IMG/VR virus record: IMGVR_UViG_2522572164_000007
Reading direction: 5' to 3' (one strand)
Length of the DNA: 42,200 nucleotides
Origin: a virus
Lineage: Duplodnaviria; Heunggongvirae; Uroviricota; Caudoviricetes
Shown here: positions 8,572 to 18,216 of the stretch, piece by piece
How positions within the stretch are numbered: position 1 is the stretch's first letter
Layout: every line of letters starts with the position of its first letter
Program-made: the position numbers and the translations under genes
The notes under the pieces: model-generated
Told to the model about the DNA's origin: nothing
Database searches by the model: none
What the model saw: the letters and a program-made list of their open reading frames with translations, nothing else

Positions 8572-9093
8572 ATGGAGCTTATTAACGTAAAACGATATTA
8601 CCCGGAACACAAACCCTATGGTGAGGATGTTCAGTATTTCCAGAGTGAGGACGGAAGGGATTTTTATGAATCTATCCCGCTTTTCACAAAGAAATACAAA
8701 CTCTGTATTTCGCCTGTAACGGGTATTATCTGCTCTGTTGCTGAAGATGTCTCTGCTTTATATCCGGCAGGTTTTACTGTTGTTGAAGTGGACGAACTGC
8801 CGGAAGGTGTGAATATTGACGGTAACTGGCAGTTTTCTGATGGCCTGATATCAAAGGTGCCGGTAAACTGGAAGACGGTTGCTGAAAAGCGTCGCTCATC
8901 GCTGCTCCAGGAAGCCAACGAAACCGTGGATGACTGGAAAACAGAATTAAAACTGGACATGATTAGCGATGAAAATAAATTACAGCTGACGCGCTGGATG
9001 GCGTATATCCGACAGCTTAAAGAAATGCACTTTAATGATATTGCCAGTGAGGGGCATTACCAGGCGATTCCCTGGCCGGAAAAACCGGAATAA
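8572..9093 (+). CDS. Tail fibre assembly protein (U'-like)
   Basis: ORF 8461..9093 trimmed to the ATG at 8572 with an AGGTG RBS; C-terminus ...IPWPEKPE resembles the conserved Tfa C-terminus. Confidence 0.65.
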   Translation: MELINVKRYYPEHKPYGEDVQYFQSEDGRDFYESIPLFTKKYKLCISPVTGIICSVAEDVSALYPAGFTVVEVDELPEGVNIDGNWQFSDGLISKVPVNWKTVAEKRRSSLLQEANETVDDWKTELKLDMISDENKLQLTRWMAYIRQLKEMHFNDIASEGHYQAIPWPEKPE

Positions 9094-9127
9094 TTCAGAG
9101 GGTGCATTCAGCACCCTTTTCTGTGGT

Positions 9128-10039
9128 TTACACTGAACTTACCGTTCTCCAGGCATTATTAATATAAATCTGAACCGGGCGATAATAGACCCCACCGATA
9201 TTGTCCGCAGACCGGGAGCCGGTTTCCTGCACGTTAATACCGGAAAGCATACAACCGGAAGGTGCGCTGTAATTCCATGATATTTCATTGCCTCCGGGTG
9301 AATGATAGCTCTGTGCTCCAAGCTGAACATTCTGTACATACCGGCCATCTGCGGTTGACTGCGTCATTCCTGACGTGATGTTGATATCCTGCGTTCCGTC
9401 AAAAGGAACGCCATTAATATTTTTTGGGGTGGCGAGTCTGTTTGCTGCCACGGCGGTTCCACCCGATGGCAGGGCATCAGCAGCCTTATTTACCGTTTCC
9501 CGTAAACCGACGTTATCGATAAAAGCGCCTTTATCCGGAATGTCTGCGCCATTCTGGTCCCTGCGCAGGTAACGGTTATCACCTTCGCTCTTGCTGTAAA
9601 CATCCAGATTATTACGGGCGGTTCCCTTATTCTCCAGGTCGGCGAGATTCTGATCCTTCGCCAGGGCATTAACGTCACCGGGACCAAGACTGTTTTTTGT
9701 GGCAAGCGTCCCCAGACCAAGATAACCACGGGCCAGACGCTGGGCCTCCGCACCGGCATCAGCAATTTCTTTCAGGTTATTTTTCCGGGAAAAAGCATTC
9801 GCAGCGATAATGGCTTTAATAGACAGCGTAAGCTGGTTTAACTGCGCCTTATCCGGCTGAATACTGGCTTCAGCCAGAATATTCAGCAGTTCGGCCTGGA
9901 GAATATTCAGCCAGTCCTGACCAATCCAGCTGATACCTTTTTGTCCGTCACCTTCGGTAAACCAGGTGGTGGTATTACTCTGCGCCGGTGCCAGCGCAGG
10001 CATATTCGCCACGCCGGAATTATTATCAACATGGAACAT
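9128..10039 (-). CDS. Tail fibre protein (S-like; constant part plus the currently expressed variable C-terminus)
   Basis: ORF 9128..10093 trimmed to the ATG at 10039, which overlaps the upstream stop by 1 nt; contains the second gix site; last gene of the tail operon. Confidence 0.7.
   Translation of the reverse strand: MFHVDNNSGVANMPALAPAQSNTTTWFTEGDGQKGISWIGQDWLNILQAELLNILAEASIQPDKAQLNQLTLSIKAIIAANAFSRKNNLKEIADAGAEAQRLARGYLGLGTLATKNSLGPGDVNALAKDQNLADLENKGTARNNLDVYSKSEGDNRYLRRDQNGADIPDKGAFIDNVGLRETVNKAADALPSGGTAVAANRLATPKNINGVPFDGTQDINITSGMTQSTADGRYVQNVQLGAQSYHSPGGNEISWNYSAPSGCMLSGINVQETGSRSADNIGGVYYRPVQIYINNAWRTVSSV
9493..9518. other. gix-like recombination site inside the tail-fibre gene
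   Basis: Reverse complement reads AACGTCGGTTTACGGGAAAC, sharing TCGGTTTACGGGA with the site at 8123..8148 in inverted orientation. Confidence 0.55.
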
Positions 10040-10599
10040 TAAATATTCTCCTCTTCGTGACTGTTTGCATATACGTAAATAAACGTCTGCCATGCAGGCT
10101 TATAACGGTTCAGAATACATTCCAGCGCACCGCCTTCATAAATACGCAGCGGCGTGAGAATATCATCCAGCACATTCATATTCCGGTAGCCGGTTTCACT
10201 GTTAATCGTGACAATACTGACCCACTGTGAATCCGGTGATGGCTGAATATCTATTTCATAACCAAACTCTGCCGCAAACCGGATATAAAATTCACGGTTA
10301 AGAGAGGGTTTCATCCGGTATTTATTCCCGGCATAACGCTGACGCTCCTGAATGGTTGCGCCGGTCATATCACATTCCGGTAACCCCAGATAACGCTCCC
10401 AGTCTTCCAGCAGCAGACGGGATGAATCAGGAAAACGTTCTGCCAGCATCTGGTTACCGGTCCAGGAAACACGCTCCGTGGAATGACTGAGGCCCAGGCA
10501 CAAAGCCGCAAGAACGGATGACGGCCGCTTATCCCATGCCAGCCCGTCAGGCAGCAACTGCAACAGGGCGCGCTGATGCGGGGTCAGGGTTACAGCCAT
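10039..10599 (-). CDS. Tail/baseplate protein (Mu gp48-like)
   Basis: 186-aa ORF at the Mu gp48 position between the baseplate J-like gene and the fibre. Confidence 0.55.
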   Translation of the reverse strand: MAVTLTPHQRALLQLLPDGLAWDKRPSSVLAALCLGLSHSTERVSWTGNQMLAERFPDSSRLLLEDWERYLGLPECDMTGATIQERQRYAGNKYRMKPSLNREFYIRFAAEFGYEIDIQPSPDSQWVSIVTINSETGYRNMNVLDDILTPLRIYEGGALECILNRYKPAWQTFIYVYANSHEEENI

Positions 10600-11675
10600 G
10601 TGATTTCCCCCACGGTCAGCAACTCTGTATCTCCGGCCATCACGGACTTCAGCGGGCTGCGAACTTCAAAATCCTCCAGTCCTTTCACCCCTGCAACAGC
10701 CCGCCAGAATGATGAAGGCAATACAAGTCCACCCGGCCGCGATTCGTTATAAAGCAGGTCTGTTAATGCCTGTTTTACGGCAGCCTGATTTTCCGGCGTT
10801 TTGGGTACAATCCTGATCTCAAACGCCACCGGCTTATTGGTCAGCTTAAACACGCTGATTGTCGGCCCAAGTGGCTGACCAACGGGCTGGCCCGTCGCCG
10901 GATCATCATGACTGCGGATATAATCCGCCACCCGCTTCACATCACCTTCTCCGGGGAAAATGTCAGGGTTATTATCCTGAACAAAAGTCACACCAACACT
11001 ACCCGCCTCAGGCCATTCAGGCTTACACCATGCCCGCGTCACGCCCGGTACTTCCCGTGCCCAGCGTTCAAAATCATACTGTGTTCCCCCTGATGGCGGG
11101 TTCTGTACCCGGAATACCAGCCTGGACAGCAACTCCGGCACCGTTTCCACATCCGCACCACCGGTGAGTCCCGTGCCGGTGACCGTGGCTGTCTGGTTGA
11201 TGCCCGCCTGTGGCGTGATAAAGGACAGGCGGGTTCCGGTCGGGGTATTTCCAGCGCGCCCCGCACTTTCCGCCTCCACATTAACATTCAGTGTTCCGGC
11301 TTTTCCGGTCGCAGAGCCGGTGATGCGGTACACAACCCCATCGCTTCGCTGAAGGAGTACGCCTTCCGTGATCCCTGCATCCGTGGTCAGCATCAGTTGT
11401 ACCGGTCCGTCAGCGCGGGAAGCCGGTTTACGGATGACACCCCAGAATGCGCAGTGTTTCAGGAGTTCGGCTTCATCAGCTTCTGTCGGAATTATCTGCC
11501 GGGAGATCCAGGCCAGATGTTCATGCTCCTGTGCTGACAGACCCGCCAGTGCATACGCAATGGCATTCAGGGTGGTTTCATTCACGCCCGGCTGCGAACC
11601 GGGCAGGCGCTGGCTGATATCCTGTTGTGTCTGTGTGATCAGTTGCGCCAGTGGTAAGGGCTGATAAGGCATCAT
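10590..11675 (-). CDS. Baseplate J-like protein (Mu gp47-like)
   Basis: 361-aa ORF; position and size. Confidence 0.65.
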   Translation of the reverse strand: MMPYQPLPLAQLITQTQQDISQRLPGSQPGVNETTLNAIAYALAGLSAQEHEHLAWISRQIIPTEADEAELLKHCAFWGVIRKPASRADGPVQLMLTTDAGITEGVLLQRSDGVVYRITGSATGKAGTLNVNVEAESAGRAGNTPTGTRLSFITPQAGINQTATVTGTGLTGGADVETVPELLSRLVFRVQNPPSGGTQYDFERWAREVPGVTRAWCKPEWPEAGSVGVTFVQDNNPDIFPGEGDVKRVADYIRSHDDPATGQPVGQPLGPTISVFKLTNKPVAFEIRIVPKTPENQAAVKQALTDLLYNESRPGGLVLPSSFWRAVAGVKGLEDFEVRSPLKSVMAGDTELLTVGEITWL

Positions 11676-12109
11676 TCCCCCTTCATATCAGCATAAAAAA
11701 TCATCGGATGTCTGCTTCCGTCCGGCAGGGTGATTTTCACGGAAAGCGAAAGGCGAGCATGCCCCACACGCATGGCATGACATACCACGGATGTGGCAGC
11801 ACCGCTTTTATGCAGCCACGCCAGCGCTTCATCAGCATAGGCCTGTGCACGGCTGACCACGGAGGACAGCGTCTTTTCACGGCTTAACAGCCAGAGACGG
11901 GAGCCAACGGGGCGCTCCCGGAAACTGTCTCCCCACCATCCCCGACGGTCACGGGTGCCGTCAGGGATTTCATCGGAATCCAGCGCCCGCCTGTCCGTAA
12001 ACAGTGAAATAATGACCGCAGTCAGCAGGCTGTTATCCGTCAGAAGATCTGCGCCGTTCAGTTGCAGGGAACCGCAACCCTGATCCCAGACGACAGCAAT
12101 ATCAGCCAT
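11672..12109 (-). CDS. Baseplate wedge protein (Mu gp46-like)
   Basis: ORF 11672..12322 trimmed to the ATG at 12109 (MADIAVVWDQ...), which overlaps the upstream stop by 8 nt. Confidence 0.55.
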   Translation of the reverse strand: MADIAVVWDQGCGSLQLNGADLLTDNSLLTAVIISLFTDRRALDSDEIPDGTRDRRGWWGDSFRERPVGSRLWLLSREKTLSSVVSRAQAYADEALAWLHKSGAATSVVCHAMRVGHARLSLSVKITLPDGSRHPMIFYADMKGE

Positions 12110-12716
12110 TCTCTGGTCCTCCCGTTTTGCTGCCTTCACCGTTATCGTGATGCACATGACCTGAATAGGTGATCCCGGCAATAACCGCTTCGGACATCGT
12201 GAACGTCCCCTGTGATCTTCCGGTGCCGTCAATGGACACATTGCCTTTGACATGCAGGTTCTTATCCACTGTGACATTACCGGTAAAGTGAGCCTCCGGT
12301 GTATCCACCTGAACACCTTCATCGGCGTAAATCTCCAGCGTCTTACAGGTCACAATGATCCGGCCGTTCTTTGTCAGACGTATGCGGTGCCCCTCATGGT
12401 GATACACGCCGGTATCTCCGGCGGTAAGTCCGGTCGGGCGACTGCGGCGGTCTTCCACCACAAGCACCACGGCCTGATCCCGTTGTCCGCCAGCACAGGC
12501 CAGAAAAACTTCCGCACCAGGCAGGGGGACGCTGATTTGCCCGTACTGCTGGGGGCGTTCAACGTCATCAAAGGTTTCACCATCCATACCGGTGATTTGC
12601 ACATTCTGGATTTTCAGCGTGTCCGTTGTGCCGGTCAGTACACCACGCCCGAACAGCAGACGAACACCCCGCATCACGGGGGCCAGAAGGCGGCTGATGA
12701 CTTCGTCATTCATCAT
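12102..12716 (-). CDS. Baseplate assembly/spike protein (Mu gp45-like, gpV-like)
   Basis: 204-aa ORF; position in the tail operon. Confidence 0.6.
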   Translation of the reverse strand: MMNDEVISRLLAPVMRGVRLLFGRGVLTGTTDTLKIQNVQITGMDGETFDDVERPQQYGQISVPLPGAEVFLACAGGQRDQAVVLVVEDRRSRPTGLTAGDTGVYHHEGHRIRLTKNGRIIVTCKTLEIYADEGVQVDTPEAHFTGNVTVDKNLHVKGNVSIDGTGRSQGTFTMSEAVIAGITYSGHVHHDNGEGSKTGGPENG

Positions 12717-13830
12717 TGAATTTAATCCCCTGTTTTTTCATCTGTGCCCGCACGAAGGCGTCCACGTCACCCGCATTTCCGCTTCCGCTGTTTCCCGGCT
12801 CTGCCGGAACAATAAAGCCGTCACGGGGTGCCAGAATCAGACGGGTGGTTTCGCCGTGATTTGCATCCAGCGAAAACTCCACCTGACAGACAAGAAGATC
12901 ACGCTCTTCCACTCCGGTACGGGGAGCCGTGACAGCCGTCAGCAGGTTGATATCCCACAACTGGCCGTTCTCCCGAAACCAGTGCCGCACGGTGGCTGTC
13001 AGGCGCACAGAGCGGGCAACCGCCCGGCGCATTTCCCGGACAGCCCTCTGGCGTGCACCGTCTGCATCAACAGCATGATCCGCCAGCACAATTTTCGGTC
13101 TGTAACGGTGGATGGCACTGTCTGTCACCGTACCAACTGGTGCGGCCAGCGTTCCGGCTGTCAGTGCATCCCCGGCATGACCACCACCACGCCCGTGCCC
13201 CCGTACACGGTATTCACTGTGGCGCAGACGGTGATCCACGTTGTGATCCAAATCCAGCAGATTTTCGCCCAGCGTCAGCGTGTCACCACGCTGACTGCCG
13301 GCCTGAGTGAAAACCAGTTCACCGGCGGCATTACTGGTTACCAGGACGCCTCTGTGTCTCGCGGCCCGTGTCAGCGCATCTGCCACGGTTTCTGAATTTT
13401 CCAGTGTGAAGGTGGAAAAGGGCCGGGCTGCCGTTGCATCATTTACCTGCCAGCGCACCGTGACCCCGAACGGAGCACACAAATCTGAAGCAATGTGCTC
13501 CAGCGTGCGGTTCCTCCACTGGCTGCCCGGATGAATGGCTGAACAGTCCACCAGGTCACCGGTTTTATCCCGTCCGCTGAGCGTGATCTGAAAACGCGTG
13601 GCGCTGATGCGCTGCCGGACCTGATCCAGCCAGCCAGTGATCACAGGCTGACCGTCAATGCGCAATTCCAGAGACTGACCGGCACGGACGGATGACGGAA
13701 GGCGTACACCGGGCATCATTACCCCCAGTTCAAAGGAGCCCGCCAGATGTTCAAGAGAGCGACGAACACTCACCGTCAGCCAGCCGGAAAAAATCTCACC
13801 GCCCAGATACAGTTCAACCCTGCTGCTCAC
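12706..13830 (-). CDS. Tail protein P-like (baseplate hub, Mu gp44-like)
   Basis: 374-aa ORF downstream of the N-like gene; overlapping coupling. Confidence 0.6.
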   Translation of the reverse strand: MSSRVELYLGGEIFSGWLTVSVRRSLEHLAGSFELGVMMPGVRLPSSVRAGQSLELRIDGQPVITGWLDQVRQRISATRFQITLSGRDKTGDLVDCSAIHPGSQWRNRTLEHIASDLCAPFGVTVRWQVNDATAARPFSTFTLENSETVADALTRAARHRGVLVTSNAAGELVFTQAGSQRGDTLTLGENLLDLDHNVDHRLRHSEYRVRGHGRGGGHAGDALTAGTLAAPVGTVTDSAIHRYRPKIVLADHAVDADGARQRAVREMRRAVARSVRLTATVRHWFRENGQLWDINLLTAVTAPRTGVEERDLLVCQVEFSLDANHGETTRLILAPRDGFIVPAEPGNSGSGNAGDVDAFVRAQMKKQGIKFNDE

Positions 13831-15184
13831 TAATCACCTCCACTGAATGGCCTCCGGGAATGAACAGCGGATCAATAATACCGTTACGGCGCACAAAACG
13901 TTGCCAGCCGGTACTGTTCCCGGTGGCACGGTACAGGGTCACCAGTGCAGGCTCGGTGGTACGTACAGTCACTACTGTTGCACCGGGTAGCTGAACTCCC
14001 CGTGTATTCAGATCCTCTGTCAGTGCCAGTCTGGCATCACGAAGCGTCAGCGCCGTGGCGGTATACCCCTGCCCGGACAGTGTCATCACCTGCCGTTCGA
14101 GCGCTTCGCTTAAGTCACGGTTAATGCGCTGAAGATCAACTGAACTTTCCAGCCAGACAGGCCAGGTACGGTGGGCTGCGTCACTGTCCGGCAGGGTTTC
14201 CTGACTGAGAACCTGATCCAGCAGTTTTCCCACGGTCTGTGCCTGGGCCACCACGGCAGCACTCTGCATTACCGCCCGTATCAGACGAATATTCTTTTGT
14301 GCTGCCGGTGTCAGACCGATGAGAGTCTGCGGATTATCCTGCTCATCCAGCACGTAACGCAGGGAAGATAATGTCCTGTACAGTTGTGGCATTCCCTGAG
14401 AGACGGCGGATGTCGTCCGGCCGATACTGCCACCGGGCCGGGTATTCAGGCCTCCTGAAGACAGTGACGGCAGCGATGGCAGGGTGATCAGGGCACTGAA
14501 AAGCCCCGCAAAAGATGAGGCCATGCGGGAAGGTGCTGTCAGTAATGCCGTGGCATTCCCTTTCAGCGCCGTGAACGTGGCAGTAAAGGCACTGATATCC
14601 TGTACAATCCCCATGCCGGAAACGGCATTTTCCAGGGCGGACACCTTATCGCTGATGGTTTCGGTCATTGCCTGGACATCGTGCATTCCGTCAGAAATCA
14701 CCGTCCAGCCCGCTTCCAGGGTTTCAAAAACCTTCCCGAGCGCGGTGGTACTCTTCTGCTCCAGAATGGCGGCCGTGTCCTGTGTGACAGCAGGTGCGGT
14801 ATCATCACTTACCGGCGTGACATTAATGGTGAACTCAACCACGCCCTGTTCAGCAGCGTTATAACGACTTTCAAAGCTGTTTATCAGCACATTTAACGTG
14901 CCGTAATCCGGGTGAAGCAGCTCCCCGGCACCGGGAGCACGAAGGGCATCACGCAGACGATTTCGCTGTGTCTGAACATCATCCCCCATCACAAGTACAC
15001 TGAACGTAAATTCAGCCAGTTTAGGTCCCAGATCGTCTGCACCACCGGTTTCCCGTAACGGATATTCCCGACGGACAATGTTTCGCCCGCCACGTTCGCG
15101 CTGCTCACGCCAGACGAGGAACGGCACACCACGGAACGCACCACGACCGTCACCAGAGGCCATAATTCCCTCCGTTCCAGACAT
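13814..15184 (-). CDS. DNA circularisation protein N-like (Mu gp43-like)
   Basis: 456-aa ORF immediately downstream of the tape measure; N-terminal ...FRGVPFLV... motif. Confidence 0.6.
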   Translation of the reverse strand: MSGTEGIMASGDGRGAFRGVPFLVWREQRERGGRNIVRREYPLRETGGADDLGPKLAEFTFSVLVMGDDVQTQRNRLRDALRAPGAGELLHPDYGTLNVLINSFESRYNAAEQGVVEFTINVTPVSDDTAPAVTQDTAAILEQKSTTALGKVFETLEAGWTVISDGMHDVQAMTETISDKVSALENAVSGMGIVQDISAFTATFTALKGNATALLTAPSRMASSFAGLFSALITLPSLPSLSSGGLNTRPGGSIGRTTSAVSQGMPQLYRTLSSLRYVLDEQDNPQTLIGLTPAAQKNIRLIRAVMQSAAVVAQAQTVGKLLDQVLSQETLPDSDAAHRTWPVWLESSVDLQRINRDLSEALERQVMTLSGQGYTATALTLRDARLALTEDLNTRGVQLPGATVVTVRTTEPALVTLYRATGNSTGWQRFVRRNGIIDPLFIPGGHSVEVISEQQG

Positions 15185-17225
15185 TCACATCCAGTCCGTG
15201 ACCGGACGTGTCATCAATATCAATACTGCGAGCCTGCCACCCTTCCGGGGCAACCAGCTCCACACGGGCAGAGGCTTTTTGTACCGCCTGTCCACTGCTT
15301 TCATCATCACTGCCCCGTAATTTCTGCCAGGCTTCAGTCAGCCATCCCCCCAGATAGTTACCGAGATAGCTGCCCACCGTAGAACCAATGGCAATCCCCA
15401 CAGGTCCGGCTGCCGCCCCCAGCGCACCACCGGCAATACTGCCTGCAAGAGAGCCGACCGCTTCTCCCTTGTCTGTGGCACTGGCGCTGCCATCCAGCAG
15501 AACCGGGGCTGCCATCGCGCCAGCCCACAGGGCACCTCCACCCAGCCGGCCGGCCAGTCCACCGGCACTGCGGAAAAAGCCGGAGAAACGCCCCAGCCCC
15601 ATGCGGCTACCGACAGACGAAAGTAACCCACCGGCGCGCCCCATCATGCGCCCCCAGAACCCTGCCCCACCAGAAGAGGGAGACGGTGGCACTGGGGACG
15701 GTGGCAGGGGAGGCGTGACCGGTCTTCCGCGCCCCGGTCCGCGTTTCCTGCGGCCCCGCCCCTGACGTCCGCCTGAGGATGTATCGGTCGCGCCGGTGCC
15801 GGACAGTCCTCCTGTGGGCCAGTTTGTTACAAGTACTGGCTGAACGGCTGCCGGATTTACCCCGGTAAGAAAGTTTATAAAACGTTGCCCTCGTCCCTGA
15901 GATGTGCCTGGTGGTGTTCCGGCCGGAGGAGAGCGCCGGAAAGGTGAGGTCAGGAAGGCCGCCGCTGATAATCCGTATCCCAGCAATGCAGCACCCGGAC
16001 GTATAATCCCCGTTCCGACAGCCCGCGCCATTTTCAGGGCACGGGTGGCGAGATACATGTACAGCAGGTATTTCGCGGCGGTCTGTGCCCCCTGACCAAT
16101 GCGATCCAGCGCATCACCATAGCCCGCATCCCGCAGAGCCTGAAGCGTGTCGCGTACCTTTCTGATCGCCTGATAAAACCCTGTCACTGCATCACGGGCA
16201 TACTCAAAGCCCTGGTTCATGGCTGATGCCGTGCTTTCCGCCAGGGAATGGTAACTGCCATCAGATTTGGCACTGTCAACCCATGAAAGAAATCCCCTGA
16301 GATTACCCTTCAGTTTTTCAAATGGCCCACTGTCCATCACATCCCGGGCAAACTGGTCCCAGACGTCACCCATCATGGCCGTCAGGCCACTCCAGGAATT
16401 CATTGCGTCCTTTTGTGCTCCCCTGGCCTGTTCCGCCAGCGTCTGAAATAACAGGCGAATACTGTCCGGCCCAAGCAGCCCTTTTTCACCAAGTTTTCTG
16501 ACCACTTTCTGGTCCACACCCAGACGATCAGCCAGCACGCGGTAGGCATTAATGCCGTAGGTGGCAAGAATATTTGCATCCGCCGCCTGAATACTGCCTC
16601 TTGCATACATCTGTTTCAGTTGCAGGGATGCCCCCTGTGCATCGGACAGTGACCAGCCGCCCACGGCACCCTGATCCTGAAGCATGGTGACAAAATTTCG
16701 GGCCTCCCTGTCACTCATACCAAAGCCCAGACTGGACGTATATTCCTGCATGACGCCAGCCAGCCCCCAGGTGGTTTCCTTCGCATTCTGTATTGCCCAC
16801 CTGCGGACATCATCAGTTTTCGCCCGATCCCCTTTGTAAAGGGAGTTCAGGCGAATCATATAGGTTTCCATCTCCGCTGCCGGGCGAATAAATCCCCGGT
16901 TAAAGCCATATACAGCAGCACCACCGGCCAGCATTCCGTAAAGATTGCTGATCCGCCCGATGGTGCCGGTAATACTGCCCTGAAGACGGTCAAAATCAGA
17001 AGTGACATGGCGGATACTGCCCCGCACCCCGGCCAGCGTGCGCTGCATCCTGCTTCCGAGTACATCTGTTTCCTGCCCGGCACGGCGGGCAGCATTTCCC
17101 AGGCCACCCAGCCCCGCCTGGCCGGAGCGTGAGAATGCCCCCAGCTCCTGTGACCACTGGCGGGATTTGGCTGAGATATTGCCGAGCAAATCAACTATCA
17201 GAGATGCTCTGAGATTTCGGGCCAT
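15150..17225 (-). CDS. Tail tape measure protein
   Basis: 691-aa ORF between the tube/chaperone genes and the baseplate genes; Gly/Pro-rich low-complexity segments. Confidence 0.75.
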   Translation of the reverse strand: MARNLRASLIVDLLGNISAKSRQWSQELGAFSRSGQAGLGGLGNAARRAGQETDVLGSRMQRTLAGVRGSIRHVTSDFDRLQGSITGTIGRISNLYGMLAGGAAVYGFNRGFIRPAAEMETYMIRLNSLYKGDRAKTDDVRRWAIQNAKETTWGLAGVMQEYTSSLGFGMSDREARNFVTMLQDQGAVGGWSLSDAQGASLQLKQMYARGSIQAADANILATYGINAYRVLADRLGVDQKVVRKLGEKGLLGPDSIRLLFQTLAEQARGAQKDAMNSWSGLTAMMGDVWDQFARDVMDSGPFEKLKGNLRGFLSWVDSAKSDGSYHSLAESTASAMNQGFEYARDAVTGFYQAIRKVRDTLQALRDAGYGDALDRIGQGAQTAAKYLLYMYLATRALKMARAVGTGIIRPGAALLGYGLSAAAFLTSPFRRSPPAGTPPGTSQGRGQRFINFLTGVNPAAVQPVLVTNWPTGGLSGTGATDTSSGGRQGRGRRKRGPGRGRPVTPPLPPSPVPPSPSSGGAGFWGRMMGRAGGLLSSVGSRMGLGRFSGFFRSAGGLAGRLGGGALWAGAMAAPVLLDGSASATDKGEAVGSLAGSIAGGALGAAAGPVGIAIGSTVGSYLGNYLGGWLTEAWQKLRGSDDESSGQAVQKASARVELVAPEGWQARSIDIDDTSGHGLDVNVWNGGNYGLW

Positions 17226-17351
17226 ACTTACTGCTTCGTTCTGATGATTTTTTCTGTCTGTCGGCAGTGCCGGTAAAGTTGCGACAGGGGGAGGTTAAGC
17301 GCCCATTCCGGACCGCTTTTTGTCACCATCCCCAGGATAATTGCCGCTTCT

Positions 17352-17846
17352 TCAATCTGATCCCGACACTGCGCCTGATCGCCCCCGGTCAGCTGCCAGC
17401 TTTCCGGCAAGCGCGGTATCCAGCAGGCTGACCGCTGCCATCAGGCGGGAGAGATCGCGCTCGCTTAACTGTCCAATCTGACGGGGTGACAACGGACCTT
17501 CAATGTCTCCCACTGCGGCAATCTGACGGCGCAGCAGTGCAACACCGCGTAACGACGGAGACGCTATCAGCATCGGGCCATTGTTTGTCTCCACCACGCG
17601 CTCGGCTTCTGCTTCTGCGTCAATACTGTCTTTCGCTGTCAGTTCCCGGAACGTGACACGATATTCACGGGTCTCACCAAACGGCAGACCATCAAGCAGA
17701 TCCACATATCCCTTTGCCAGTTGCTCTGTCAGCCCGGCAGTGCGTGGATCAGCCCCCTCAAGTGCTTCCCGGATTGCCTCCATCACGGCTGCCTCGGAAA
17801 CTGCCGTTTTTTTCTTACGTGTGGTCATTTTATTTTTCCTGATCAC
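17352..17846 (-). CDS. Tail assembly protein (Mu gp41-like)
   Basis: 164-aa acidic ORF between the tube and tape measure genes. Confidence 0.5.
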   Translation of the reverse strand: MIRKNKMTTRKKKTAVSEAAVMEAIREALEGADPRTAGLTEQLAKGYVDLLDGLPFGETREYRVTFRELTAKDSIDAEAEAERVVETNNGPMLIASPSLRGVALLRRQIAAVGDIEGPLSPRQIGQLSERDLSRLMAAVSLLDTALAGKLAADRGRSGAVSGSD

Positions 17847-18208
17847 TGAACACGGGTACTGGAGGCGCTGGCGAACTTCACGGAGATCTCCCCGCCACCG
17901 TCAAGCGAGGCCGGTTCACTGCTCCAGGCCTTCGTCATCATGTGGACTTCGCCGGTATCCGCCACAAACTCGATAGTGACCGCAGTCCAGTTGTTGATTT
18001 CATCGGCGGCTGGTGAACCTTCTCCGCCTGCCGGAAATTTGCAGTCCAGCGTCGCTTCACGTGGTTTCTGGCGGTAACCATAGACTTTCGCGCCTTTCAC
18101 CACTTCACGTTCAAAACCAGACGGAGAAAATGTAGCTCCCTCAAGCGTCTCGTATTCCTGACCGTTCACACGGATAGTGGCCGTACCCTGATACTGTTTT
18201 CCGCTCAT
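17843..18208 (-). CDS. Tail tube protein (Mu M-like)
   Basis: 121-aa ORF immediately downstream of the sheath gene. Confidence 0.7.
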   Translation of the reverse strand: MSGKQYQGTATIRVNGQEYETLEGATFSPSGFEREVVKGAKVYGYRQKPREATLDCKFPAGGEGSPAADEINNWTAVTIEFVADTGEVHMMTKAWSSEPASLDGGGEISVKFASASSTRVQ

Positions 18209-18216
18209 GCCTTACC

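Larger units (their letters stand above)
8123..9518. other. Gin-invertible tail-fibre segment (G-segment analogue, about 1.4 kb)
   Basis: Inverted gix sites; about 150 bp of inverted homology just inside each site; adjacent gin. Confidence 0.6.

Noticed and set aside
8664-8960. 98-aa minus-strand ORF that might have been a second tail-fibre assembly gene
   Set aside because: Antisense to the Tfa gene, Ser/Thr-rich, with no Tfa-like C-terminus; so I conclude the current orientation has no U-like gene.
12592-13395. 267-aa plus-strand ORF in the baseplate region
   Set aside because: Antisense to the P-like gene; Arg/Pro/Thr-rich low-complexity translation typical of shadow frames.
15388-15765. 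Pro/Ala-rich 125-aa plus-strand ORF and other ORFs inside the tape measure gene
   Set aside because: Embedded in or antisense to the tape measure coding sequence; the composition reflects the Gly-rich repeats of that gene.
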